The notes below the pieces were generated by a model. That model saw only the letters and a list, made by a program, of their open reading frames with translations. It was not told where the DNA came from and made no database searches. 64,000 bases of DNA from a virus (Duplodnaviria; Caudoviricetes), in the IMG/VR virus record IMGVR_UViG_651703099_000001, positions 8,333 through 72,332 of that record; one strand, 5' to 3'. The position numbers were made by a program, and so were the translations under genes. Positions 1 through 7,849 of the stretch are shown here, one piece after another; positions within the stretch are counted from its first letter, which is position 1; the number at the start of each line of letters is the position of its first letter.

Positions 1-2
1 CC

Positions 3-353
3 TCTGGGTCCAAGAAGATTCCCCTGGAAAGCCAGTTGGATGGTGCAATGCTGCCCGGTGCCTCGGGTGATTCGTTCTACTACAGGGGTTACGCCCTTGA
101 GTATGCCCTGGTGGCCTCTAACTTTGAACTAGGCGACAGCGAATCCGCGTTAAGTTGGTTGCAGGTCGCCGGGCAGCTTGCTTTCTTGCCTGCAGGACGA
201 GAGGTAGAGTTCGGCTTTGGAGACGAAAAGCCGCTTTACGGCAAGGTCGAAAGGTCTAGCGGCGTTTTTGGTGGGCAAGGCATCGATCAAATTCTCTACC
301 GTGAAATTGGCGGAGTTGAGCTTCAAATTACTGGCGCGGAGCTGCAAGGGTGA
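3..353 (+). CDS. 5'-truncated virion morphogenesis (neck/head-tail) protein
   Basis: Frame is open from the window edge; its stop overlaps the next start (GTGA); lies before the tail genes. Confidence 0.55.
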   Translation, partial: SGSKKIPLESQLDGAMLPGASGDSFYYRGYALEYALVASNFELGDSESALSWLQVAGQLAFLPAGREVEFGFGDEKPLYGKVERSSGVFGGQGIDQILYREIGGVELQITGAELQG

Positions 354-895
354 ACCAACCAGGCGTAAAAATAAACAATGACCCAAGCCAAGCAATGGCG
401 GCGAGGCTGAAGCAAGCTATTGCAGGGGTCAAAGAGCAATCAGTTACTGTTAGTAGCTCAGGTCTTTTGGGTCGTCTTGATATCAAATTTGTGCAGGGCG
501 ACACCAAAAATCTTTCAGCAGCATTCCGGGAGGGCACCGAATACGCGCTCTCCGTGGCCCAGGAGGCCCTCAGAGAGGCTTTGGATGCGGCCGTGGCCTC
601 TTCTGTCTGGCAATGGAATGAAGGCGGCTCCAGGGACATTGTCGACACCGGAGCTTTGCGTAGCAGTCTTTCGGTCTCAATAAATGGCCAGGAGATTGCG
701 ATTGACTACGGCGTCCCGTATGCCGCGTTTGTGCATTACGGTGGATATGTGAAGCCGTATGGCAACGCCAAGATTGAGGCCGTTTACATTCCCGGCCGGC
801 CATGGATTGATTCCGTCTTGTTTGGTACCGGGCCTGTTCCGGCGCTTAACCTGGATCAAATTATACTTGACGCAATCGATTCCAAGCTTAGGTAG
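350..895 (+). CDS. HK97 gp10-like tail completion/neck protein
   Basis: VDTGALRSSL and YAAFVHYG...PGRPW motifs typical of this family. Confidence 0.7.
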   Translation: MNQPGVKINNDPSQAMAARLKQAIAGVKEQSVTVSSSGLLGRLDIKFVQGDTKNLSAAFREGTEYALSVAQEALREALDAAVASSVWQWNEGGSRDIVDTGALRSSLSVSINGQEIAIDYGVPYAAFVHYGGYVKPYGNAKIEAVYIPGRPWIDSVLFGTGPVPALNLDQIILDAIDSKLR

Positions 896-900
896 ACTAG
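891..900 (+). promoter_or_regulatory. putative late promoter motif GGTAGACTAG
   Basis: Matches the recurrent GGHANNCTA motif, 18 nt before ATG 919. Confidence 0.5.
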
Positions 901-918
901 CTGGCTTTTAAGGCTGGT

Positions 919-1464
919 ATGAGCAAGCTTCCTTTTGTTGTAGAGCCTCGTCTGAAGCCAATCATTGAGATGGTTGGCAGCGACGAATCTGGCAAGATCG
1001 AGATTGAGCGTAAGGGGTTTCTCTCTACCGGAGAGAAGGCTTTTGTCTCAAACGGATCGGCGACCGATCGAACTTCCGAGTTAATGCTTGCGCTTGTTCG
1101 CAGGGCTGCTGGCAGGTTCAAGATTGACAGCCAAGAGGCCTATGATATCATTGCTGGGCTAGTAACCGGCTCTTCTGATCATAAGCTATCAGACAAGATC
1201 AGGGAGCAGTATACGACTGAGCTTGGCGAAATTGCAATGTCTGCTGTTTCAGCCCAGCCTCGAATTGCATTCATCAAAGCGTATTGTATGCTCCTCTACA
1301 GGGTCGACGCTTCAATTACGGCTGATGAGGCCATGAAGGTTCACCCCGACATTATGGAGGGGCTTGTAGCGCTTTACGACGACGAGGAGGCCAGGAGTGT
1401 TGAACGTCTTCTTGCCGATGTTCAGGAAGAAACCACCAATGTAGAGGATACCACAAAAAAGTAA
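919..1464 (+). CDS. tail assembly chaperone (gpG-like)
   Basis: Ends in slippery A AAA AAG directly before TAA; the -1 frame is open into the next ORF. Confidence 0.75.
   Translation: MSKLPFVVEPRLKPIIEMVGSDESGKIEIERKGFLSTGEKAFVSNGSATDRTSELMLALVRRAAGRFKIDSQEAYDIIAGLVTGSSDHKLSDKIREQYTTELGEIAMSAVSAQPRIAFIKAYCMLLYRVDASITADEAMKVHPDIMEGLVALYDDEEARSVERLLADVQEETTNVEDTTKK
1455..1461 (+). other. -1 programmed ribosomal frameshift site AAAAAAG
   Basis: X XXY YYZ heptamer in the correct phase; the -1 frame (VSSGEAVYDFDRYYWQLK...) has no stop until 2081. Confidence 0.8.
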
Positions 1465-2081
1465 GTTCGGGCGAAGCCGTATACGACTTTGATCGATACT
1501 ACTGGCAGCTTAAAAGATTCTTCCCCGGAGACCCAGAGTTTTCTTACGAGAACTTTTATAGGCTGCCTTTTGAGTACGTGATAGAAGCGTATAAGCAGTG
1601 CGTTCGCCTTCATCAATACGAGCTGTTTGCTTATGAGCGGCCAATCGCCGTGCAGACCGCACTGCACGCTAATCTGAATAGAGATCCTAAGAAACGCAAA
1701 AAACCGTTCTCGCCAGAGGACTATTATCTTTATCAACCTCGAGAAGACCAAGACTTGCCGGCGGGCCGCTGTGGCTCTGCTGCGCTTGCTCTTATTCAGG
1801 CTGGCAAGTTTCCTTCTTGGGGCTTGTTCTGTTACAAAGAGCTTGCCTCTGCTGCCACAGGCGATCCACCGCCATTCCTTGCCTTTATTTCGGAATGTGC
1901 TATACTGCTTGCCCCGGTTAAGACGGTTGATGGATACAAGGGCATGTTAATCGCTCAGGAAAGCGCATCAGACCGATGGATTTCGTTTATCGGAGACGGA
2001 GGGACGGAAGTGGAGCTTTATGTTCCCACCGTCCCAACCAAGACAATAGCGCAGGATAATGTTATGCTGCGTGCCCGATAG
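1461..2081 (+). CDS. gpT-like frameshift extension of the tail assembly chaperone
   Basis: ORF 1578..2081 extends upstream without a stop to the slippery site. Confidence 0.7.
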   Translation, partial: VSSGEAVYDFDRYYWQLKRFFPGDPEFSYENFYRLPFEYVIEAYKQCVRLHQYELFAYERPIAVQTALHANLNRDPKKRKKPFSPEDYYLYQPREDQDLPAGRCGSAALALIQAGKFPSWGLFCYKELASAATGDPPPFLAFISECAILLAPVKTVDGYKGMLIAQESASDRWISFIGDGGTEVELYVPTVPTKTIAQDNVMLRAR

Positions 2082-2544
2082 GCCAGTCTGAAGCCAGTAC
2101 TTCGTTGAGGTACTGGTCCACTTTTTTGGCGTCCTCTTCGTCGTAGGCGCCAAAATTGCGCGTGTCACCTGAAAGCCACTGGCGGATGCGCCATTCGGCC
2201 TCGATTGTATAGAAGGGCTGCATGCGGAACCAGGCCACCCACTCGGTGGATGACTTGGCACTGTTGCAGGCCGCACAAGCTGGGATCACATTGGTGGTAC
2301 GATCCTCACCACCGCGTGATTTGGGCTTGACGTGGTCCATGGTTAGCTCGGTCAGGCTCTCATCGTCGATGGGAGGCTTTCCGCAGTAGGCACAGCGGTT
2401 GTGCCAGGCCTTTTTGATGCTATCCCGCCATTGCTGACGGGCTTCTCGCCGAGTCAGAGCAGACATATTAAATAGGTAGTCGGAGATCCTCTCGTATAGG
2501 GGGAGGTTTGCCCTGTCGTAGCTCATCCGATCACCAAGTGACAA
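2062..2544 (-). CDS. HNH endonuclease
   Basis: CAYC, DHVKPKSRGG, NVIPACAACN motifs; start uncertain (2544 TTG, 2526 ATG, or 2581 ATG if one base is an insertion error). Confidence 0.85.
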   Translation of the reverse strand: MSLGDRMSYDRANLPLYERISDYLFNMSALTRREARQQWRDSIKKAWHNRCAYCGKPPIDDESLTELTMDHVKPKSRGGEDRTTNVIPACAACNSAKSSTEWVAWFRMQPFYTIEAEWRIRQWLSGDTRNFGAYDEEDAKKVDQYLNEVLASDWPIGHAA

Positions 2545-2619
2545 CGACGGAGAGGCTGAGGCGTTCGAGGAGCGGGGCCATAAGCGTCTTGCGTTGTCAC
2601 ATACAGTTTACCGACAAAA

Positions 2620-2629
2620 GGAACCCTAG
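2620..2629 (+). promoter_or_regulatory. putative late promoter GGAACCCTAG
   Basis: Recurrent motif about 21 nt before GTG 2651. Confidence 0.6.
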
Positions 2630-2650
2630 GACCGATAACTAGAGGGATCA

Positions 2651-3088
2651 GTGGCACAAAATTTCCCGACCTCGGCTCAGGTCATCTACGACACGCTGGC
2701 TGCCGACTCTAGCTTCCTGTCTCTGCTTGGCACTTACGCTTTTCGGTCTAACAACGGCGCTACTGTTCCAGCTATTAGCGTGGTTTCGCCCGGCGAAAGC
2801 CTGCCTGAGTTAAGAGGCGTTTCTGGCGTTGAATGCGTGATTCACGACGCAGCAAACGCAAGTCGCAAGGACTATCTCACCAACGCCTCGAGCCAAGTAT
2901 TTACCTGGCAAGTTTTTCTTATTTGCTGGGACGGCTCAAAAGGTGAAGACATGATGAATGCGCTTTCGGTTATCCTTAGCAAGTTTTCTGGGGCAACGTC
3001 GACTGAGACCGTTGCCGTTTCGGATGGGCTTGGTGCGTTGGCTCAAACCAGGATCTTTATTCCGTCCAACATGCCAATAATCGCTTGA
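2651..3088 (+). CDS. probable tail terminator/neck protein
   Basis: Size and position directly before the major tail protein. Confidence 0.5.
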   Translation: MAQNFPTSAQVIYDTLAADSSFLSLLGTYAFRSNNGATVPAISVVSPGESLPELRGVSGVECVIHDAANASRKDYLTNASSQVFTWQVFLICWDGSKGEDMMNALSVILSKFSGATSTETVAVSDGLGALAQTRIFIPSNMPIIA

Positions 3089-3090
3089 TT

Positions 3091-3100
3091 GGAAATCTAA
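3091..3100 (+). promoter_or_regulatory. putative late promoter GGAAATCTAA
   Basis: Recurrent motif; the leader carries hairpin GGGACTA..TAGTCCC. Confidence 0.55.
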
Positions 3101-3149
3101 GAGATGAGAGGGACTACCTCTCGAATAGTCCCTTTCGCGAAAACTGACT

Positions 3150-3764
3150 ATGGCCAACTATTCCGCTGCCTTCGGGTACGACTGCTACATCATTCCGCTG
3201 GCCTCGGCCTCTGTGGATACCACTTTCACAGGCGTTACTGGTGGCGTGGGCGATGGTGCGACCAACTTTATCGACACCACCACCGTTGTAGCCGCCGACG
3301 AGAAGGTTACCTACGCTGCTGGCGTGTTCTCCCTGGGCGCCACCCCCGTGGCTGAGCCGACCGACGGGACCATGAATCCCGTGAAGCTGTTTGGTCTGAC
3401 CAACGCTTCTCTGGAGACCGATACCAACTCCGAGGATGTGCTCACCTATGATGACACCACGAAGGGCTTCAACACCTCTATCGCTACCTCCAAATCCTGG
3501 AGCGTGAGCCTGGCTGGCGTTGCCGACTTCAAGGATGCCGGTTACCAGATCCTGCGTATTACCGAGCAGAACACCGTGGCTGACAGCCTCCGTGTCAAGT
3601 TCGCTCGCGTGGGCCCCACCGGTACCGTTGAGACTGTTTACGGTTACGGCACCCTGACCGGTTATACCGAGTCCATCGAGGCTGGCTCGATCGTGTCCTG
3701 GGAAAGCTCCATCGTCGGCTACGGCCCGTATGTGATTGAGATCGACGAGAACGCTGGTAATTAG
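3150..3764 (+). CDS. major tail (tube) protein
   Basis: About 200 aa, strongly biased codons, KSWSVSLAG and GYGTLTGYTES strand pattern; upstream of the tape measure gene. Confidence 0.8.
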   Translation: MANYSAAFGYDCYIIPLASASVDTTFTGVTGGVGDGATNFIDTTTVVAADEKVTYAAGVFSLGATPVAEPTDGTMNPVKLFGLTNASLETDTNSEDVLTYDDTTKGFNTSIATSKSWSVSLAGVADFKDAGYQILRITEQNTVADSLRVKFARVGPTGTVETVYGYGTLTGYTESIEAGSIVSWESSIVGYGPYVIEIDENAGN

Positions 3765-4022
3765 CTGACTGGAGGTATCGCCACGGTGGATACGTTAACA
3801 ACGTCTTCACCGTTTGCTACCTCTCAGAGCGCACTTGCCGTGACTTTGAGTGGTGGCTCTGGTTCTACCGCCGAAGGAACCGTCGATACCGACGGCTCTG
3901 GCAACATCTCCGCCTTCAATCTCGTCACGCCTGGTATCAATTACCAGGTTGGCGATATTATTACAGTCGACGAAGATGCTGGCACCGGCCTTGGAACCTT
4001 CCGCGTCGCTTCTATCGCCTAA
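3765..4022 (+). CDS. beta-rich decoration domain in frame after the tail tube amber stop (readthrough extension, or separate gene from GTG 3786)
   Basis: Same frame as 3150 with only one TAG between; resembles the GGSGTG...PGTGY module in 10153..10881. Confidence 0.6.
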   Translation: MTGGIATVDTLTTSSPFATSQSALAVTLSGGSGSTAEGTVDTDGSGNISAFNLVTPGINYQVGDIITVDEDAGTGLGTFRVASIA

Positions 4023-4062
4023 TTACTGCAACCGCGATACTTGCAGGTCAAACAAGGTTTAC

Positions 4063-4085
4063 GGGCCCCACAAGGGGCCTTTTTT
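4063..4085 (+). terminator. intrinsic terminator
   Basis: GGGCCCC-ACAA-GGGGCCT followed by a T-tract. Confidence 0.8.
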
Positions 4086-4088
4086 ATG

Positions 4089-4098
4089 GGAAGCCTAT
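4089..4098 (+). promoter_or_regulatory. putative late promoter GGAAGCCTAT
   Basis: Recurrent motif 19 nt before the tape measure ATG. Confidence 0.6.
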
Positions 4099-4117
4099 AC
4101 GCGAATCTGGGCTGAGC

Positions 4118-6988
4118 ATGGCAGACAAGCAGCTACGTTATTCCGTAAGTCTCGACAATGCTCAGGCTCTTGCCGAATTTGATGAACTGTTTCGCTACGC
4201 GCAAAACGGTAGCGTCGCTGCCGCCAGGGTCCTCAACCAGGAACTTGGAGGTACTGTAAAAACAGTTTTGGACTGGGAGGTACGTGTTGACGATACTGGC
4301 GTAAAACGCCTGCAGCCTGTCGTCAAAGAGGTGCTGACGGAATACGACAAGCTCAACAATAAAGCCTCTCAGCTTAACAAAACACAAGAGGGCTCTATTA
4401 CGAACTTAAGGCAGCAAGCAAATCAGGCTAAGCAGGTTCGAGATGGCATCGAAAAAATCGCGAGCAAAACTGATGTAGCCGCGAACACGGTAAAAGGTAA
4501 GCTGAACCCAGCCTGGGTTGAAGCTGATGCAAACGTCAAAAGAATCAACATTCAACTTGCAGAAGCGGAAGGCAACTTAATCAACATCGCAAAAGCAAGA
4601 TTCCCGGAATTTGCTCAATTCCTGTCGCTCGGCAATTCGTTGACGCAAATTGCGCAAGTTGCTAAAACAGTGGCGGACGTTTTTGTTCTGGTTAACCAAG
4701 CCGTTCAGCCTCTTATTCAACGTGAAAAACAAATTCAAGCCCTCAGTCTTGCATTGAGTGCCTTTATTACGGACCAAGGCGACGTAAACGCCGTACTGGC
4801 CTCATCAAAAGGCATTGCATTGGAGTATGGTGGCTCGCTGACACAAATCGAACGAGCCTACAAGCGAATTGCACCGGCTATTCTTGCGTCTGGCGGCACG
4901 CTTAATGACGTTGAGGCAGTCATTGAGTCGCTGACGGCTAAGACGACGCAACTTGGCCTTAACACAGAACAGGCCGGCAGGTACATTGAAGCATTTGCCC
5001 AGGTTATGGGTAAAGGAAAGTTGCAGTCCGAAGAATTGAACCAGCAATTCTCAGAACTTGATGGTGCGCTAAGGTCTCAAGTTGCCTTGTACCTCGAGAC
5101 ACGGTACGGAATTACCGACTTGAATGAGGCAATGAAAAACGGCGAGGTTACCGCTGGTCTATTCCGTGAAGCATTTATTGATGCCGCCCAAAGCGCACGA
5201 GATCAGTTGGCCGGCGCTCTTGGGGAGGTGCAGTCCAGGATTGACGAGTTGAACATTCAGCAAATTGAAAACATCCGAAGCACCCTTAATACCATTTCGC
5301 TGGAATCGCTAAACGAATCATTTGCTGGCTTTGGGATGTCTATGCAGGCGATTCAGACCGCGTTTGCTCAGTTTTTTGCAGCATTGACTACAAACCTTCC
5401 CGGCATCAAAAAAGGCTTTACGGATACTTTTACTGTTATTGGAAAGGTGCTAGAATTTGTTGTTATTGGATTCCTGAATGGACTGCAAGCTATACTTTTT
5501 GTTATTGACCAGCTTGTTCAAGGGTTCTACGCGCTAAGAGATGCTATTCTTTCGATTCCTGGTGTCGACACGATTGTTCAGTCATTTCAAAGTGCTGGTG
5601 TGGCTGTTAGTGAAAGCTTCAGGCAGGGTACTGATGCTATTCTTGGTCTTGGAGCGTCGGTAGATACAGCAAAAGGGCAGTTTAGCCAATTTGATACTAC
5701 GCTTGAGCAGTTGAATCAAAAATTTGAAGCCGGCGAAATTAGTCAACAGGATTACGACAAATCTCTTCGGCAGTTGTATCAAAATGCAACCGATGGATCT
5801 AAGGCACTGCTAGACGCCTACAATTCGGAGCAAGAGGCGATCAATACGCTTAAGGAGGCGGTCGATGCTAAATTCGAGCAGGAAAAAGAACGCATTAACG
5901 AGCTGATTGACGCCAAAAAAGAAGCGCTTTCGCAAGAGAAGGAGGATCTCAAGGGAACGCTTGATACGTTCAAGGATATCTACGACCAGCGAAAGCAGGC
6001 TATTGACGACGAAATTACCAAAGTAAAAGATCGCTATGCCGCCGAGCTTGATTTTATCAATGCTCAAACACCGGCCCAGCAAGAGCAGATCAAGCTGCGC
6101 AAGGAAAAGCTGCAGGCTACTATCAACAGTGCTGAAGCTTCGTATGAAGAGAAGGTCGCGGCTCAAGCTTCTTTGGATACAATGATCCAACAGGAGAAAT
6201 CTGCTGAGATTCGCAAAAAGCAAGCGGAAGAATTGAAAACCCTTGAAAAGCAAAAGGCAGAAGAGCAAAAGAAATACGAAGAAGCTAGAAAAGCCGCTGA
6301 AGAGGCTTCTCTTGAGCGCCAAAGGGGCCTGGAAGATGCAATCAAGAGCCTGACGGACGAACTCAAGTCAAACGAGCAAAAGCAGGCAGACTACAATAAG
6401 CAACTTGATGAGTCTGTTCGCCTTAATGACGACTTGATTGATACCGTAGACGACATCCCCGGACTCATAGCCCAACAGGTTCAACAAGCTCAAAATGCAA
6501 GGGACGCATACTGGGAAGCGGCGACTGCGGCAAACGCCGTAGCGGATGCAATCGAGCGAGCAAACAGAGCTCGAGCAAATGCTCCAACAACGACTCAGCA
6601 GCGCTTTGCTGGCGGCCCCGTTTCAGGTGGTCAAGTCTATACCGTTAACGAGCTTGGCAAGGAAGGCTTCCTCTCTGCGAGTGGCAAGCTTTCTGCAATC
6701 AACGCTCCTGCCTGGGGGCAGTGGAGAGCTCCCGGCGCTGGCACGGTTATCCCTGCGGATGTCTTTGCTACGGTAAACGCTACTGGATCTGTTGCAGGCG
6801 CCTCTATGGCCTCTGCTAACGTTTCTGGTTCGTCTGGAGTGGACAGGCTTGCATCTGTCATTCAAGCACTGGCCTCCTCGGGCGGGAACGTTCAAAACAA
6901 TGTCACTATTCAGTCGGCCAATACGACCAAGGCCGCTAGCGACATTCTGGTTGAGCTGACCAAGATTCGCCGCCGTCGGTATTCTTGA
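4118..6988 (+). CDS. tape measure protein
   Basis: 956 aa, helical/coiled coil, QVMGKGKLQSEELNQQ tape-measure motif, hydrophobic middle, C-terminal FAGGPV..VNELGKE. Confidence 0.92.
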   Translation: MADKQLRYSVSLDNAQALAEFDELFRYAQNGSVAAARVLNQELGGTVKTVLDWEVRVDDTGVKRLQPVVKEVLTEYDKLNNKASQLNKTQEGSITNLRQQANQAKQVRDGIEKIASKTDVAANTVKGKLNPAWVEADANVKRINIQLAEAEGNLINIAKARFPEFAQFLSLGNSLTQIAQVAKTVADVFVLVNQAVQPLIQREKQIQALSLALSAFITDQGDVNAVLASSKGIALEYGGSLTQIERAYKRIAPAILASGGTLNDVEAVIESLTAKTTQLGLNTEQAGRYIEAFAQVMGKGKLQSEELNQQFSELDGALRSQVALYLETRYGITDLNEAMKNGEVTAGLFREAFIDAAQSARDQLAGALGEVQSRIDELNIQQIENIRSTLNTISLESLNESFAGFGMSMQAIQTAFAQFFAALTTNLPGIKKGFTDTFTVIGKVLEFVVIGFLNGLQAILFVIDQLVQGFYALRDAILSIPGVDTIVQSFQSAGVAVSESFRQGTDAILGLGASVDTAKGQFSQFDTTLEQLNQKFEAGEISQQDYDKSLRQLYQNATDGSKALLDAYNSEQEAINTLKEAVDAKFEQEKERINELIDAKKEALSQEKEDLKGTLDTFKDIYDQRKQAIDDEITKVKDRYAAELDFINAQTPAQQEQIKLRKEKLQATINSAEASYEEKVAAQASLDTMIQQEKSAEIRKKQAEELKTLEKQKAEEQKKYEEARKAAEEASLERQRGLEDAIKSLTDELKSNEQKQADYNKQLDESVRLNDDLIDTVDDIPGLIAQQVQQAQNARDAYWEAATAANAVADAIERANRARANAPTTTQQRFAGGPVSGGQVYTVNELGKEGFLSASGKLSAINAPAWGQWRAPGAGTVIPADVFATVNATGSVAGASMASANVSGSSGVDRLASVIQALASSGGNVQNNVTIQSANTTKAASDILVELTKIRRRRYS

Positions 6989-7005
6989 TCAGCGACGCTA
7001 TCGGT

Positions 7006-7428
7006 ATGTTCTTCTTTGGCAATCCCGAAGACTCCGCGAGGATGTACTGGAACGAAGTCAAAGGGGTCACTGGGCCGGCTTTGCCCGAGATCCCTTTAGA
7101 CGAACAGACAGAGCAAGAGCTGAGGGTTTCGATAACCTATCAGCGTATGGCGATCAAAAAGGCTTGGCACGATGGCGCCTCCGATGAAATCCTTGGCGTT
7201 TTACTAGAGGAGTACGACAACACCTTTGCTCATCTGGCGGCCGTCAGTGAGAGTTTCCGTGACGACGTGGAGAAAGGGCGTCACAGGGTGATCGGTGGCT
7301 ACACCAGGGAGAATCTTGACAAATACAGGCGTCTAGCTGGCCTCGAGGTTATCTTTTACAAGCAAGAAACTAAAGAGGACAAAAACGGCGCGACAATCCA
7401 GACTACCATTAGCCATTCGGCAAACTAA
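7006..7428 (+). CDS. hypothetical protein
   Basis: ORF fills the gap between tape measure and tail tip genes (alternative TTG start at 6985). Confidence 0.55.
   Translation: MFFFGNPEDSARMYWNEVKGVTGPALPEIPLDEQTEQELRVSITYQRMAIKKAWHDGASDEILGVLLEEYDNTFAHLAAVSESFRDDVEKGRHRVIGGYTRENLDKYRRLAGLEVIFYKQETKEDKNGATIQTTISHSAN
7419..7428 (+). promoter_or_regulatory. putative late promoter GGCAAACTAA
   Basis: Recurrent motif 18 nt before ATG 7447. Confidence 0.6.
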
Positions 7429-7446
7429 CCCAGCTACGTCAGGCCG

Positions 7447-7848
7447 ATGTCCCAGATTGGAATATCCTACACGCCATCTGGAGGCACGCCTGTGTACAAC
7501 TTCATTTTTAACGAGTTTCTAAACCAGGAGCTCCCTAGGACATATATCAATAGCGCTAATTTTAACTTCTCGGCTGGCGGAGCTGCTACTATTAGCGGAT
7601 CGGCCAATACACAAAAAAGAATATGGGCAATTAGTTCGCCGATTCCAAAGACAAGTGCTGCCACATTTGACGCCATGTTCCAGGCATGGGATGCTGACCG
7701 CGCTTCTGGTTTAGCAGCAGCCGTCGGCATTACGGATACGACATTTGGCGCAACTGTAGACACGGATGCCGTATTCTCTACCGCGCCGACTTACTCTAAG
7801 TTCGGTCCAAACTACATGATCGTTTCGTTCGGCTTGACGGAGGTTTGA
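7447..7848 (+). CDS. probable distal tail protein
   Basis: About 130 aa, beta-rich, ends SFGLTEV; lies after the tape measure gene. Confidence 0.55.
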   Translation: MSQIGISYTPSGGTPVYNFIFNEFLNQELPRTYINSANFNFSAGGAATISGSANTQKRIWAISSPIPKTSAATFDAMFQAWDADRASGLAAAVGITDTTFGATVDTDAVFSTAPTYSKFGPNYMIVSFGLTEV

Positions 7849-7849
7849 G

